This document shows positions 51,729 through 63,249 of a DNA stretch of 64,000 nt, piece by piece. Each line of letters begins with the position of its first letter. Position 1 is the first letter of the stretch. The position numbers and the translations under genes are program-made. The DNA is from Comamonadaceae bacterium (GTDB taxonomy: Bacteria > Pseudomonadota > Gammaproteobacteria > Burkholderiales > Burkholderiaceae_C): the NCBI GenBank assembly GCA_947479935.1, contig CANKBG010000003.1, forward strand, positions 18,848-82,847, given 5' to 3'. The notes under the pieces were generated by a model that was not told where the DNA came from, did no database searches, and worked only from the letters and a program-made list of their open reading frames with translations.

Positions 51729-52500
51729 AGCTTGGTTTGTTGGGCGTTTCTGCTTTGGGGAAATTTTTGTCAAGCACGCGTTGCGCATCTGACTTGAGTT
51801 CTTGCATGCCCAGCGCACCGTAGGAAAGGGTCAAAATTTCCAAAGCTTCTTTGATGGCAGGTACGCCTGGGTAGTCAGTAATCGCCAATTGGGCACGATT
51901 AACAGCCGCTACATAAGCGCCCTTGCTGTAGTAAAAACGCGCTACGTGAACCTCATACGAAGCCAATGAATTGACGATGTAGGTCATGCGTTGGCGTGCA
52001 TCGGGGCTGTATTTTGAATCTGGAAAACGCGTGACCAATTCTTTGAATGCTTCAAAAGAATCTTTGGCTGCTTTTTGGTCGCGCTCAGATAAATCTTGTT
52101 TGGTTATGAATGAAAAGAGGCCTAAATTGTCATTAAAGTTGACCAAGCCCTTCAAGTACAAAGCGTAGTCAATGGCAGGACTTGCTGGGTGAAGTTTGAG
52201 AAAACGGTCGAGGGTGGCAATGGCCTGAATTTTTTCTGTGGCTCGGAATTGGGCATAGGCTTTTTCAATTTGAGCCTGCTGTGCCAAAGGTGTTCCGGCA
52301 GCGCGACCTTCTAGTTTTTCAAACAGCATGGCAGCACGGTCCCAAGCGCCTGCACTTGCTTCATCGCGTGCTTCACTGTAAATTTTTTCGGGTGCCCAAG
52401 CAGCGGTGGGGTCGTCGGGCGTGCTGGAGCAGCCAGGTAGGAATATGGCAATAAACCCTAAAAGCGTGAGCGCAAGCACCGATAATCTGCAGTTCAACAT
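51703..52500 (-). CDS. bamD: Outer membrane protein assembly lipoprotein BamD
   Basis: LPGC lipobox-like site, TPR helices, YALYLKGL, FPDSKY, HVARFYY. Confidence 0.95.
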   Translation of the reverse strand: MLNCRLSVLALTLLGFIAIFLPGCSSTPDDPTAAWAPEKIYSEARDEASAGAWDRAAMLFEKLEGRAAGTPLAQQAQIEKAYAQFRATEKIQAIATLDRFLKLHPASPAIDYALYLKGLVNFNDNLGLFSFITKQDLSERDQKAAKDSFEAFKELVTRFPDSKYSPDARQRMTYIVNSLASYEVHVARFYYSKGAYVAAVNRAQLAITDYPGVPAIKEALEILTLSYGALGMQELKSDAQRVLDKNFPKAETPNKPSSNAWWKFW

Positions 52501-52525
52501 CTGGCAACCTTGGAAATAAACCAAA

Positions 52526-53548
52526 TTGATTATATCGAGCCCCTCAGATCTGGATGAGAACGGAGAGTTGCAAGACGATTCTTCTTTCGTTGATGCCTCA
52601 ACTTCAGGGTTGGTAGAGGTTCGTGATTTGGTTGTGTCTGCTGAATTTCACGGCCAAAGACTCGATCGAATGCTGGCCGCTGCCGTGCCAGAGTTCTCCC
52701 GTAGCTATTTGCAGCAGCTTTTAGAAGACGGCGCAGTTACACGCTTGCAAGTGCCCCATCTCAAGTCCTCACAGAAGGTTAAAGCGGGTGAGGTTTGGAC
52801 GGTTGAGCTTCGAGCCACGCCTCAGTCGCAGGCCTTTAAGCCAGAAAGCATGCCCCTCCAGGTTGTCTACGAGGATGCTCATTTGAGAATCATTGACAAG
52901 CCCGCTGGTTTGGTGGTCCACCCAGCACCTGGTCATTGGTCAGGCACCCTGATGAATGGGCTTTTGGGCATGGACCCGTCGCTCATGGATTTGCCCAGGG
53001 CGGGTATAGTTCACCGACTAGACAAAGACACCAGTGGCCTGATGGTAGTGGCCAGAACGCGTCTGGCCATGGATGCCTTGGTTAAAAAAATTGCGGCCCG
53101 AGAGGTCAAGCGACTGTATTTGGCACTCAGTGATAAACCTTGGACTGGGACCAAACAAAAAACTGTCAACTTGCCCATTGGGCGCGATCCCGCCAACCGC
53201 CTTCGCATGGCTGCTGTTGATTTGTCTAAAAACTCAGGCAAGTTGGCCACAACGCACTTTCATTTGTTGGATCAAAACGACTCCGGCGCGCTGGTCCGTT
53301 GCATTTTGGAGACGGGACGGACGCACCAAATCAGGGTTCACATGGCTTCCCTCAAAATGCCCTTGATGGCCGATGCGTTGTATGGGGGTTCCATCATCAG
53401 CCAAATGCCAAGACAGGCTTTACACGCCGACCAATTGGCTTTTGATCACCCCATGACCGGTGAAACCATGGCCTTTCAATCGCCCTTGCCTTTAGACTTC
53501 CTGGATTTGCTGAAGGCTTGGTCCCTCAGTTACAATCAAAACACTTGA
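52526..53548 (+). CDS. rluD: RluA/RluD-family pseudouridine synthase (TTG start uncertain)
   Basis: S4-like RLDRMLA, DKPAGLVVHP, HRLDKDTSG, TGRTHQIRVH. Confidence 0.9.
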   Translation: MIISSPSDLDENGELQDDSSFVDASTSGLVEVRDLVVSAEFHGQRLDRMLAAAVPEFSRSYLQQLLEDGAVTRLQVPHLKSSQKVKAGEVWTVELRATPQSQAFKPESMPLQVVYEDAHLRIIDKPAGLVVHPAPGHWSGTLMNGLLGMDPSLMDLPRAGIVHRLDKDTSGLMVVARTRLAMDALVKKIAAREVKRLYLALSDKPWTGTKQKTVNLPIGRDPANRLRMAAVDLSKNSGKLATTHFHLLDQNDSGALVRCILETGRTHQIRVHMASLKMPLMADALYGGSIISQMPRQALHADQLAFDHPMTGETMAFQSPLPLDFLDLLKAWSLSYNQNT

Positions 53549-53697
53549 TTACTCAGGCTGGAGTGGGTTGAAAGACCCGCTCAAAATACATTTGATGGGT
53601 TGCGCGGGTGGGTTCTATCCCCCGTTGGCTTCGATAGAAGCTGGCGTGTGCATCTCAGTTCGCGCTTCAGGCGCTTTTATCCCGGAAGAATGACACC

Positions 53698-54393
53698 ATG
53701 AATACGGCGCAAGCCAAGCGTGTCCTTGAAACAGCGTTGCTTTGTGCAACACAGCCCGTCACCGTTCGTGACATGCGTGTGTTGTTTGATGACGCTTTAG
53801 GCGCTGACACACTTAAAACTATCCTTGAAGAGATTCAATTGGAATGGGCCGAACGTGGCTTGGAGCTGGTCTCTGTGGCAACAGGTTGGCGCTTTCAAAG
53901 TCGTCCTGAATTGCGTGTTTATTTGGACAAGCTCAATCCTGAGAAGCCGCCAAAGTACACCCGCGCCGTGATGGAAACTTTGGCCATCATTGCCTATCGC
54001 CAACCCGTCACACGGGGTGACATGGAAGACATTCGTGGCGTCACCATCAATACACAAATCTTGAAGCAGTTGGAAGATCGTGGATGGGTTGAAGTCATTG
54101 GCCATCGCGAATCGGTTGGCCGTCCGGGTTTGTATGCCACCACGCGGCATTTCTTAGATGACTTAGGCCTTTCCTCTCTTGATCAGTTACCTCTGTTGAC
54201 ATCCGTGGAAGGTCAAGCAGGTGTTTTAGCCAGCTTGAATACGCCCCACGAAGATTCATCGCAAGCCACGCTTTCTCTGGAAGATGCCATTGAAGGTGTA
54301 GAGCCGCCGGTCCTTGAAATGGCTGAAGTTAGCCAAGTTGTCGATTTAGAAAGCCAACAGTTTGGCACTGAAGAAGGCAAAATGAATGAATGA
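53698..54393 (+). CDS. scpB: SMC-Scp complex subunit ScpB
   Basis: [34 protein letters not shown]. Confidence 0.95.
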   Translation: MNTAQAKRVLETALLCATQPVTVRDMRVLFDDALGADTLKTILEEIQLEWAERGLELVSVATGWRFQSRPELRVYLDKLNPEKPPKYTRAVMETLAIIAYRQPVTRGDMEDIRGVTINTQILKQLEDRGWVEVIGHRESVGRPGLYATTRHFLDDLGLSSLDQLPLLTSVEGQAGVLASLNTPHEDSSQATLSLEDAIEGVEPPVLEMAEVSQVVDLESQQFGTEEGKMNE

Positions 54394-55531
54394 TTCCCCA
54401 GACCAGCCCGACGAAGACATCTTGAGGCCCGTTGGCTTTGAAGATGTGGTCTCAGGTCAATTTGACCAAGAGGCTGAAGGGCTTGTCTCGCCACTCATTA
54501 CCAAGCGTGTTTTGCCGCCGCAGGCTGAATCGCCCAAGTTGCACAAGGTGTTGGCGCAAGCGGGGTTGGGTTCACGATTGGAAATGGAACAGCTTATTTT
54601 GGAAGGCCGAATTTCGGTCAACAATGAACCCGCTCACATCGGTCAACGAATTCAGTTTGGCGATCAAATTAAAGTGAATGGACGTCCACTGCGAATTCGG
54701 ATCGATCCTCCGCCGCCTCGTGTCATTGCGTATCACAAGCCTGCTGGCGAAATTGTGACGCACGACGATCCTAAAAACAGACCCACTGTGTTTCGAAAAT
54801 TGCCGCGCTTGCAACACGGCAAGTGGCAGTCTGTGGGGCGTTTAGATCTGAACACCGAAGGCCTTTTGTTGTTCACCAGTTCTGGTGAATTGGCCAACCG
54901 ACTTATGCATCCCAGGTTTGGTTTAGAGCGTGAATATGCCGTTCGTGTGTTGGGTGCATTGAGCAACGAAGAAAAACAAAAATTAATCGATGGTGTGATG
55001 TTGGATGACGGCATGGCGCAATTTGGCACCATTGAAAATGGGGGTGGAGAAGGCGCCAACTGCTGGTACCGCGTCACTATTTCCGAAGGCCGCAATCGTG
55101 AGGTGCGACGCATGATGGAAGCAGTGGGACACGCTGTCAGTCGACTCATTCGCATTCGTTACGGCGCCATGGTTTTGCCACATGGCTTACGCCGCAGCAC
55201 ATTCATGGAGCTTGATGAGGCCGATATCAGGGCCCTCACACATGCTGCCAACAAAGCACAAACTGCTACCGTTCAGGAAGACACCCCCCCAGTGGCGGGT
55301 CGGCCTCAAGATCGAAGGTCTCAAAACCCTAGAAATCGTGCTTTTGGGGCTAAAAAGCCAGGTCAGAACAAGTCAGGTCAACGGGGCGAAAAGCCCGCTG
55401 GCAATCAACCCGATCCCATGAAAACCTCGCAGGGTTATATTGGCGCTGACAGCTTCAGTCGCCAACGTAAAGAGCAAGGGCCGGGCGGGCGTTCGGGCGG
55501 ACCGCGCCGAAATGGCGGCAGAAGCCGTTAA
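54386..55531 (+). CDS. rluB: 23S rRNA pseudouridine synthase RluB
   Basis: [31 protein letters not shown]; basic disordered tail. Confidence 0.92.
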   Translation: MNDSPDQPDEDILRPVGFEDVVSGQFDQEAEGLVSPLITKRVLPPQAESPKLHKVLAQAGLGSRLEMEQLILEGRISVNNEPAHIGQRIQFGDQIKVNGRPLRIRIDPPPPRVIAYHKPAGEIVTHDDPKNRPTVFRKLPRLQHGKWQSVGRLDLNTEGLLLFTSSGELANRLMHPRFGLEREYAVRVLGALSNEEKQKLIDGVMLDDGMAQFGTIENGGGEGANCWYRVTISEGRNREVRRMMEAVGHAVSRLIRIRYGAMVLPHGLRRSTFMELDEADIRALTHAANKAQTATVQEDTPPVAGRPQDRRSQNPRNRAFGAKKPGQNKSGQRGEKPAGNQPDPMKTSQGYIGADSFSRQRKEQGPGGRSGGPRRNGGRSR

Positions 55532-55709
55532 AGGCCGCTGAGGGCTCGCATTTAGGGCTGTTCTCCTGTTCAAACCAGTGCTTACAAATCCTTTCGCCCT
55601 CTAGGGAAACCACTAGGTCGGGTTAGAATAGCAGGCTTGCCTAAGTGCAACCGCTTTTTAAAAACATAGTTTTTAACACCCATTTTTATAAAAACTGAGG
55701 ACTCACACC

Positions 55710-56135
55710 ATGGCCATTGAACGCACACTATCCATCATCAAGCCTGACGCTGTTGCTAAAAACGTCATTGGTCAAATCTATGCTCGTTTTGAAGCTGCAG
55801 GCCTTAAAGTTGTGGCTGCCAAAATGGCCCATCTGTCACGCGGTGAAGCTGAAGCTTTCTACGCAGTTCACAAAGAGCGCCCCTTCTTCAAAGATCTGGT
55901 TGAATTCATGATCTCCGGCCCCGTCATGATTCAAGCATTGCAAGGCGAAGGCGCTATCTTGAAAAATCGCGACCTCATGGGTGCCACAGATCCTAAGAAA
56001 GCTGCGCCTGGCACCATCCGTGCCGATTTTGCTGACAGCATCGATGCAAATGCCGTTCACGGCTCAGACGCTGCCGAGACAGCGTCTGCTGAAATTGCTT
56101 TCTTCTTCCCTGGCATGAATGTTTACTCGCGTTAA
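55710..56135 (+). CDS. ndk: Nucleoside diphosphate kinase
   Basis: IKPDAV, PGTIRAD, NAVHGSD. Confidence 0.98.
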   Translation: MAIERTLSIIKPDAVAKNVIGQIYARFEAAGLKVVAAKMAHLSRGEAEAFYAVHKERPFFKDLVEFMISGPVMIQALQGEGAILKNRDLMGATDPKKAAPGTIRADFADSIDANAVHGSDAAETASAEIAFFFPGMNVYSR

Positions 56136-56192
56136 TTGCCGCTGAATCTTCTCGGCAATTAACTCGCGGTACAGAACTTTCATTCTTCCGCC

Positions 56193-57344
56193 ATGACGGC
56201 CAACCTTCTTGATTTTGACCTCGAAGGCTTGGCCGTTTTTTGTGAGGGCTTGGGCGAAAAACGTTTCCGAGCCACGCAGCTGTTTCGCTGGATTCACCAG
56301 CGTGGCATGTCCAATTTTGACGACATGTCTGATTTGGCCAAATCTCTCCGTGAAAAATTAAAAGCGCATGCCCACATTGCGCCCTTGCCAATTCTGTCGC
56401 AACAAATTTCCAAAGATGGCACCATCAAATGGTTGTTTGATGTGGGTGCAGGAAATGCTATTGAAACAGTCTTCATTCCTGAAGATGACCGCGGTACATT
56501 GTGCGTCTCATCGCAAGCTGGTTGTGCTGTGGGTTGCCGCTTTTGTTCAACAGGGCATCAAGGTTTTAGCCGCAATTTGAGCACCGCAGAAATACTGGCA
56601 CAACTCTGGTTTGCAGAGCACTTTTTACGCCAGTATCTGAACCAAACTGAACGCGTTATTTCCAACGTGGTCATGATGGGCATGGGCGAACCGCTGCAAA
56701 ATTACAGTGTGCTTATTCCATCTCTCAAAGCCATGCTGGACGACCATGGCTACGGACTCTCGCGCCGTCGTGTCACGGTGTCTACTTCGGGCGTTGTGCC
56801 CATGATGAGTCGGCTTTCCATCGACTGCCCTGTGGCATTGGCTGTTTCGCTTCACGCGCCCAACAATGCCTTGCGTGACAACTTGGTACCCTTGAATCGC
56901 AAGTACCCGCTCGATGAATTACTTGCTGAATGCACTCTCTATTTAGCCAAGGCGCCCCGAGATTTCATCACCTTTGAGTACTGCATGCTCCAAGGTGTCA
57001 ACGACCAAACTTCACATGCTCATGAGTTGGTCCAACTCATTCGCAAGCATGCAGCCCTTGGACTGCGTTGCAAGTTCAACCTCATTCCCTTCAACCCCTT
57101 TAAAGAGTCGGGTCTGTTGCGCTCTCATGACGACGTGGTTCAGCAGTTTGCCAGCATTCTCATTGCCGCAGGATTTGTCACCACAGTTAGAAAAACCAGA
57201 GGTGACGACATTGATGCCGCGTGCGGACAACTGGCGGGAGATGTCCAAGACCGTACGGGGGTAGCCGATCGGATTGCGCTGCAGCGGGCGGTGCCCATTC
57301 AGTGGCATCCATCCCAAGCTTCCTCTAGTTCCGGCTCTCACTGA
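56193..57344 (+). CDS. rlmN: Dual-specificity RNA methyltransferase RlmN
   Basis: [26 protein letters not shown]. Confidence 0.97.
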   Translation: MTANLLDFDLEGLAVFCEGLGEKRFRATQLFRWIHQRGMSNFDDMSDLAKSLREKLKAHAHIAPLPILSQQISKDGTIKWLFDVGAGNAIETVFIPEDDRGTLCVSSQAGCAVGCRFCSTGHQGFSRNLSTAEILAQLWFAEHFLRQYLNQTERVISNVVMMGMGEPLQNYSVLIPSLKAMLDDHGYGLSRRRVTVSTSGVVPMMSRLSIDCPVALAVSLHAPNNALRDNLVPLNRKYPLDELLAECTLYLAKAPRDFITFEYCMLQGVNDQTSHAHELVQLIRKHAALGLRCKFNLIPFNPFKESGLLRSHDDVVQQFASILIAAGFVTTVRKTRGDDIDAACGQLAGDVQDRTGVADRIALQRAVPIQWHPSQASSSSGSH

Positions 57345-58138
57345 TGGCATCGTTTCGTTGGCCAACTCCCCAAATGGGGGGTGCTTGGTTGTTTCGCTTA
57401 CTTTTTGTCTCAATGTGCTTGCTTTTCCCCCACGAAGGTGCGCTTGCATCTTTCGCCAACTTCAGCCCAGTACAAAGAGTTCAGGCCAGATTGGATTTGG
57501 CAACAGCTTATTTTGAAAGCGGCATGTTCACTTTTGCGTTGGAAGAGGTAGAGCTTGCCCTGGTGTTAGCCCCCCTGCACCCTGAGTCGTTGGCTTTGAA
57601 GGGTCTTTTATTACTTCAGCAAAAGCGCTTCGATTTGGCAGAAAACTATTTTCAAAAGGCCTCACAAGGAGCGCCTCTGAGTGCACCAATTGCGCACAAA
57701 TTCGGGGTTTTTTACTGTCAAAATGGTCAATTTGAGGCCTCATTTGCGAAATTTAAGCATGCATCCGATTTATCAAATGGGCTTCAAAAGCAAAAAACTG
57801 ATTGGGTTTGGGGGCAATGTCTCATGCAAAATATGCAGTTACAAGCGGCTAATTTCAAAATGTCCGATGCCCTGAAACGACAACCCAGCCTCATTTATGA
57901 CAGCCTGCCCTTGGTCGAACTCAAAATTAAGCTTGGGATGTATTCAGAAGCTGAGAAAATTCTTGATTTTTTGAACGATTCTCCCTCTGTCAGTGCACAA
58001 TCGGTATGGTTAGCTTTGCATCTCGCAGAGCGCCAAAACCAAGCCGTTAAAAAGAACCATTGGGGCAAAATGTTAGGACTTCAATTTCCAAATTCAGCGC
58101 AATGGCGTCTCTTCCAAGATCAGGTACCGCATGACTGA
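57344..58138 (+). CDS. TPR protein, PilW/PilF-like, divergent
   Basis: ARLDLATAYF..G, TPR repeats, C-terminal LQFPNS; syntenic position between rlmN and rodZ. Confidence 0.75.
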   Translation: MASFRWPTPQMGGAWLFRLLFVSMCLLFPHEGALASFANFSPVQRVQARLDLATAYFESGMFTFALEEVELALVLAPLHPESLALKGLLLLQQKRFDLAENYFQKASQGAPLSAPIAHKFGVFYCQNGQFEASFAKFKHASDLSNGLQKQKTDWVWGQCLMQNMQLQAANFKMSDALKRQPSLIYDSLPLVELKIKLGMYSEAEKILDFLNDSPSVSAQSVWLALHLAERQNQAVKKNHWGKMLGLQFPNSAQWRLFQDQVPHD

Positions 58139-58766
58139 ACTCATCACTGATACACCGATGCACGCTTTGCGCACATCACCTGGCGCCCTGATCAAAGCCG
58201 CACGTGAACAGGCGGGTGTCCACATGGCTGTTTTGTCGGTTAACCTGAAAGTCAGTATCAAGCAATTAGAGGCGTTAGAAGCCGATCAGTTTGATCGTTT
58301 GCCAGAGCCAGTTTTTACGCGGGCCATGGCTGCCAAAGTCTGCCGTTTTTTAAAGTTGGACCCCCATCCGGTTTTGGCCCTCATGCCACTGCCCACCAAT
58401 GGGCTAAAACCACTGCGCATCATCGATGCTAACCACTCTGCGCCCTACAATGCCAATCGGATTGATCACCGCAATCTTTTTAAAAATAGCAGCCTCAAGA
58501 TGTGGTTCGTCGTCTTGGCTTTGTGCTTATTGGCTTTTGGCGTCACGTCTGAGTGGTCGGCTTCAGTCCTTCAGTCGGATTCTGCCAAAGAAACTGCTGA
58601 AGTTGTTCCGACCATGCCCCCCGTTCAAGAGGCCGTGGCCCCCGATGCAGCCCAAGCCGAACTGCCCAAGGCCATGGTTTTTGACAGCGCTGCAACAAGC
58701 AGTGCAACACCTTCGCCCACTGCACTCAACCCTTCTCAACCAGCCCAGCCCGAGTTTAAGAAATGA
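58131..58766 (+). CDS. rodZ: RodZ-like HTH membrane protein with short periplasmic part
   Basis: [20 protein letters not shown], one TM segment, Pro/Ala-rich tail. Confidence 0.75.
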   Translation: MTELITDTPMHALRTSPGALIKAAREQAGVHMAVLSVNLKVSIKQLEALEADQFDRLPEPVFTRAMAAKVCRFLKLDPHPVLALMPLPTNGLKPLRIIDANHSAPYNANRIDHRNLFKNSSLKMWFVVLALCLLAFGVTSEWSASVLQSDSAKETAEVVPTMPPVQEAVAPDAAQAELPKAMVFDSAATSSATPSPTALNPSQPAQPEFKK

Positions 58767-60052
58767 TTGAACACTCAGCCATTCCTGCAGCAACACCCCT
58801 TCCTCGTCGCAGTCTGCAAGCCCAAGTGGTTTGGGGCCAACGCATCATCACCGTAGGGGGTGATGCGCCCGTTCGTGTCCAGTCCATGACCAACACAGAC
58901 ACCGTGGATGTCATTGGCTCTGCCATTCAAGTGAAAGAGTTGGCTTTGGCGGGCTCTGAAATGGTCAGGCTCACGGTGAATACGCCAGAGGCAGCCGAAG
59001 CTGTGCCGCATATTCGCGATCAACTCGACAAAATGGGCGTTGATGTGCCCCTCATTGGCGACTTCCATTACAACGGGCATCGCCTGCTGAACGATTTTCC
59101 GGCGTGTGCAGAAGCGCTTTCCAAATACCGCATCAACCCCGGTAATGTGGGCAAAGGCGAAAAGCACGACATCCAATTTGGGCAAATGATTGAAGCGGCC
59201 ATGCGCTGGAACAAGCCGGTGCGAATTGGCGTGAATTGGGGCAGCCTCGATCAAGAGTTGTTGGCCGAACTCATGGACCAAAACAGTCAACGTCAAACAC
59301 CTTGGGAATCACGTCAGGTGATGTACGAGGCACTTATTACTTCGGCCATCACGTCGGCCAACAAAGCGCATGAAATGGGCATGTCCCGTTCGCAAATCAT
59401 CTTGTCTTGTAAAGTTTCGGGCGTGCAAGACCTTATTGCGGTCTACCGTGAACTGGGCCGACGCACCGATTACCCCTTGCATTTGGGCTTAACAGAAGCA
59501 GGAATGGGCACCAAGGGCACTGTTGCTTCTGCTACGGCGCTTTCTATTTTGTTGCAAGAGGGCATTGGCGACACCATTCGTGTTTCGCTCACACCTCAAC
59601 CCGGAGAGTCAAGAACGCAAGAGGTGGTCATTGCCAACGAAATTTTGCAGTCTTTGGGCTTGCGAATTTTTGTTCCCAGTGTCACTGCTTGTCCAGGTTG
59701 CGGTCGTACCACCAGCAGCACCTTCCAAGAATTGGCCAAACAAATCGACGATTTCTTGCGTGCCCAAATGCCTGTCTGGAGAAGCCGATACCCAGGTGTT
59801 GAGCATATGAAGTTGGCCGTCATGGGTTGCATTGTGAATGGCCCTGGTGAAAGCAAACATGCCGATATTGGCATCAGCTTACCTGGTACCGGTGAAGCGC
59901 CCGCTGCACCTGTCTTTATTGATGGCGAGAAAAAACTCACATTGCGCGGTGACAACATCGCGCAAGAGTTTCAAACACTGGTTGAGCAATACATTGACAA
60001 ACGATTTGGCAGTGCAGCGCAAAATGTCAGCGCTGCAGAAACTGTCCCCTGA
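58763..60052 (+). CDS. ispG: HMBPP synthase
   Basis: [41 protein letters not shown]. Confidence 0.98.
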   Translation: MIEHSAIPAATPLPRRSLQAQVVWGQRIITVGGDAPVRVQSMTNTDTVDVIGSAIQVKELALAGSEMVRLTVNTPEAAEAVPHIRDQLDKMGVDVPLIGDFHYNGHRLLNDFPACAEALSKYRINPGNVGKGEKHDIQFGQMIEAAMRWNKPVRIGVNWGSLDQELLAELMDQNSQRQTPWESRQVMYEALITSAITSANKAHEMGMSRSQIILSCKVSGVQDLIAVYRELGRRTDYPLHLGLTEAGMGTKGTVASATALSILLQEGIGDTIRVSLTPQPGESRTQEVVIANEILQSLGLRIFVPSVTACPGCGRTTSSTFQELAKQIDDFLRAQMPVWRSRYPGVEHMKLAVMGCIVNGPGESKHADIGISLPGTGEAPAAPVFIDGEKKLTLRGDNIAQEFQTLVEQYIDKRFGSAAQNVSAAETVP

Positions 60053-60058
60053 GCCTTT

Positions 60059-61390
60059 ATGTCCGACCTTAAAACTTCAGAATCAAATTCCAAACCAGTT
60101 GCTTTTAAAAAATTAAACGCAGTGAAGGGCATGAACGATATCTTGCCTGGCGAGTCAGCCAAGTGGGAGTGGCTAGAAGCTACCGTTAGAAAATTGATGG
60201 CAGGCTACGCTTACCGCAACATCCGTACGCCTATCGTTGAACCCACCGCCCTTTTTGTGAGAGGCCTCGGTGAAGTGACCGACATCGTTGAAAAGGAAAT
60301 GTATTCTTTCGAAGATCGATTGAACGGGGAGGCACTCACGCTACGGCCTGAAAGTACTGCCGGCGTGGTGCGCGCAGTGGTAGAGCACAACATGCTCTAC
60401 GAAGGCGGCAAGCGTTTGTATTACATGGGCCCTATGTTTAGACACGAGCGCCCTCAGCGCGGGCGTTATCGTCAATTCCATCAAATAGGTGCGGAAGTGT
60501 TGGGTTTTCAAGGCCCTGAAATCGATGCTGAGGTGATATTGCTCGCTCACGATTTGTGGCAAGCCATTGGCTTGAAAGATGTTCGTTTAGAGCTCAATAG
60601 TTTGGGACAACCCCCCGAAAGATTGGCACACCGCGCCGCTCTCATTCAACACTTTGAAAAACACACGGATGTGTTAGACGAAGATGCCAAGCGCCGCCAA
60701 TACACCAACCCATTGCGAATTCTAGACACCAAAAATCCAGCAATGAAAGCTGTGGTTGAGTCCGCGCCCAAGTTGATGGATTTTTTGGGAGAAGCATCAT
60801 TGGCGCACTTCAATGCGCTCAGGCAAATTCTCGATGTCAACGGCGTTCACTATTCGTTGAACCCTCGTTTGGTTCGCGGTATGGATTATTACAACCTCAC
60901 TGTTTTTGAATTCATCACCGATCAATTGGGCTCGCAAGGCACCGTTTGCGGCGGTGGTCGCTACGACTACCTCATTGAACAAGTTGGCGGCAAGCCTGCT
61001 CCCGCAGTCGGTTGGGCATTGGGCATTGAGCGTGTCTTGGCTTTGCTGGAAGAGCAGGGCGCGGTGTTGCCAGATGCCATGCCTCATGCCTATGCCATCG
61101 TGCCCGAAGCTCAAAGCCTTCCCCATGTTTTGAAATACCTCAGACAACTCAGGGCGCTGGGCCTGAATGTTCAAATGCACGCGGGTTCAGGTGAAGGCGT
61201 GGGCAGCATGAAGAGCCAGTTTAAAAAAGCCGATAGCAGCGGCGCCCAATATGCACTCATCTTTGGTGCAGATGAAATGCTCCAAAACGCCGTTTCCGTA
61301 AAGTCACTTCGAGATGGCGGCGGCGCACAAAGAACAGAATCTCTGGCAAAGCTGGACGAGTGGGCTCACAGCCTACAATCCCCTACTTGA
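60059..61390 (+). CDS. hisS: Histidine-tRNA ligase
   Basis: [31 protein letters not shown]. Confidence 0.98.
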   Translation: MSDLKTSESNSKPVAFKKLNAVKGMNDILPGESAKWEWLEATVRKLMAGYAYRNIRTPIVEPTALFVRGLGEVTDIVEKEMYSFEDRLNGEALTLRPESTAGVVRAVVEHNMLYEGGKRLYYMGPMFRHERPQRGRYRQFHQIGAEVLGFQGPEIDAEVILLAHDLWQAIGLKDVRLELNSLGQPPERLAHRAALIQHFEKHTDVLDEDAKRRQYTNPLRILDTKNPAMKAVVESAPKLMDFLGEASLAHFNALRQILDVNGVHYSLNPRLVRGMDYYNLTVFEFITDQLGSQGTVCGGGRYDYLIEQVGGKPAPAVGWALGIERVLALLEEQGAVLPDAMPHAYAIVPEAQSLPHVLKYLRQLRALGLNVQMHAGSGEGVGSMKSQFKKADSSGAQYALIFGADEMLQNAVSVKSLRDGGGAQRTESLAKLDEWAHSLQSPT

Positions 61391-61405
61391 ACAAATAAAC
61401 TAAAT

Positions 61406-62071
61406 ATGTCCTCACATCTCGATCTAGAAGAACAAGAGCAACTTGACGAACTCAAGCACTTTTGGAAGCAATACGGTAACGCCATTACCTGGCTTTTGAT
61501 CGTCATCATGGGTTCCTACGCAGGATGGAATGGTTATCAATATTGGCAGCGTCAACAATCCACCAAAGCCTCTGCACTTTTTGATGAGGTAGAACGTTCA
61601 GCCGTCGCTGGCGATGTTGCAAAATTAGAGCGTTCTTGGAACGACATGAAAGAGCGTTTTCCAGGTACAACATTTGCCGCTCAATCTGCATTGCTCGCTG
61701 CTAAGTCGCTTCAACAGACAGACAAACTGGATGCCGCCAGCGCGGCATTGAAATGGGCCAGCGAAAATGCCTCCGATTCTGGCAGTGCGCAATTGGCTCG
61801 TTTGCGGCTGGCCAATTTGCAAGCGCAACAAAAGTCATTTGATGAGGCTTTGAAAACACTTTCTAAGCCCTTTGAGCCAGCTTTTGCAGGCTTGGCATCT
61901 GACGTTCAGGGCGATATTTATTCGGCTCAAAACAAGCAGTCAGATGCGGTGAAGGCCTACAACGATGCGTGGCTTAAGCTGGAAGATAACGGTGAATACC
62001 GTCGCTTGGTTGCGGCAAAATTGAATGCCTTGGGTGTCGATCCAACACAGGGCAAAGGTAGCAGCAAATGA
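61406..62071 (+). CDS. yfgM: YfgM-family TPR membrane chaperone
   Basis: DLEEQEQLDELKHFW, one TM, ARLRLA, GDIY. Confidence 0.9.
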   Translation: MSSHLDLEEQEQLDELKHFWKQYGNAITWLLIVIMGSYAGWNGYQYWQRQQSTKASALFDEVERSAVAGDVAKLERSWNDMKERFPGTTFAAQSALLAAKSLQQTDKLDAASAALKWASENASDSGSAQLARLRLANLQAQQKSFDEALKTLSKPFEPAFAGLASDVQGDIYSAQNKQSDAVKAYNDAWLKLEDNGEYRRLVAAKLNALGVDPTQGKGSSK

Positions 62072-63228
62072 TCAGTTATTCCTTCAAGTTCTTGAAGATT
62101 TCATGTGGTTTGAAAGGGCTCGCCTGCGTGGCTGTGGGGAGCTTGTTGATTGTTTTAGGAGGGTGCTCTAGTACACCCGACAAACCCAAACCCACTGCAT
62201 TGGCCGATTTCAAAACCCAGTTGAACATAACAAAAACTTGGTCCGTTCAACTCAGCCCTGTCTATCCCCCGTTGGCCGCAAATCTAGCTTCCAACCGCTT
62301 GGCTGTGGTCACAGCCAATGGTTTGATCAGTGTGATGGATGCATCATCTGGGACAGAAGTTTGGCGTGCTGCCTTGAACACACCTGTTGGCGCAGGCATC
62401 GGTGGAGATGGCGATCGTTATGCCGTCATCAGTCAAGCCAATGAACTCATCAGTTTGTCTGAAGGCAAAGTCATGTGGCGCGTTAAGTTGCCAGCTTTGT
62501 CTTTTACAGCGCCGCTGGTTGCAGGAGGCCGCGTATTTGTGTTGTCTGCCGATCGCACGGTGATGGCATTTGATGGTGCATCAGGCCAAAAACTTTGGAG
62601 CCAACAACGCACAGGTGACCCGCTTGTTTTAAAGCAAGCGGGCATTCTCACTTCTTTTCAAGACAATCTGTTGGTTGGACTGTCAGGCCGATTGGTGGCC
62701 ATGAATCCTGCCAATGGCATTGCCAAATGGGAGGTCACGATTGGCTCGTCTCGCGGCACCAATGAAGTTGAGCGCTTGGTCGATTTAGTGGCTGGTGTTT
62801 CACGCGTCAACAATATGATTTGCGCGCGCGCATTTCAAACTTCTGTTACATGCGTCGACGCTTTGAGAGGCGCCAATTTGTGGACGCGTGCTGCGCAGGG
62901 CCACACAGGATTGGGCGGCTCCGAAAGTATGCTTGTGGGGTCCGAGTCTGACGGTAAATTGATGTCTTGGAATCGCACCAATGGCCAGGTTGCCTGGCAA
63001 TCTGAAGCACTGCGTTTTCGGGGGCCTACATCTGCCATTGTGTCTGAGGCTCAGTTGGTGGTCGGTGATGATTTAGGTTGGGTCCATTGGCTCGATCAAA
63101 AGAACGGCCAAACTTTGGCACGCGTTCAGGCTGATGCATCAGGCATTGCCATGGCACCTTTGCCAATTGGAAAATCTTGGGTGATTGTCACGAAAAATGG
63201 CTTGGTTCAAGCCTATCGTGCTGAATAA
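62068..63228 (+). CDS. bamB: Outer membrane protein assembly lipoprotein BamB
   Basis: LGGC lipobox, PQQ-like beta-propeller repeats, ERLVDL. Confidence 0.93.
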   Translation: MISYSFKFLKISCGLKGLACVAVGSLLIVLGGCSSTPDKPKPTALADFKTQLNITKTWSVQLSPVYPPLAANLASNRLAVVTANGLISVMDASSGTEVWRAALNTPVGAGIGGDGDRYAVISQANELISLSEGKVMWRVKLPALSFTAPLVAGGRVFVLSADRTVMAFDGASGQKLWSQQRTGDPLVLKQAGILTSFQDNLLVGLSGRLVAMNPANGIAKWEVTIGSSRGTNEVERLVDLVAGVSRVNNMICARAFQTSVTCVDALRGANLWTRAAQGHTGLGGSESMLVGSESDGKLMSWNRTNGQVAWQSEALRFRGPTSAIVSEAQLVVGDDLGWVHWLDQKNGQTLARVQADASGIAMAPLPIGKSWVIVTKNGLVQAYRAE

Positions 63229-63249
63229 CACCCGACTGAAAGATTGATT

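Noticed and set aside
53549-53701. Stop-codon read-through of rluD into a 50-codon open frame
   Set aside because: An open frame of this length is plausible by chance, the product resembles nothing I recognise, and RluD is already complete.
55668-55696. AT-rich inverted repeat AGTTTTTA/TAAAAACT before ndk
   Set aside because: Almost all A-T pairs with a long loop; likely chance in an AT-rich leader.
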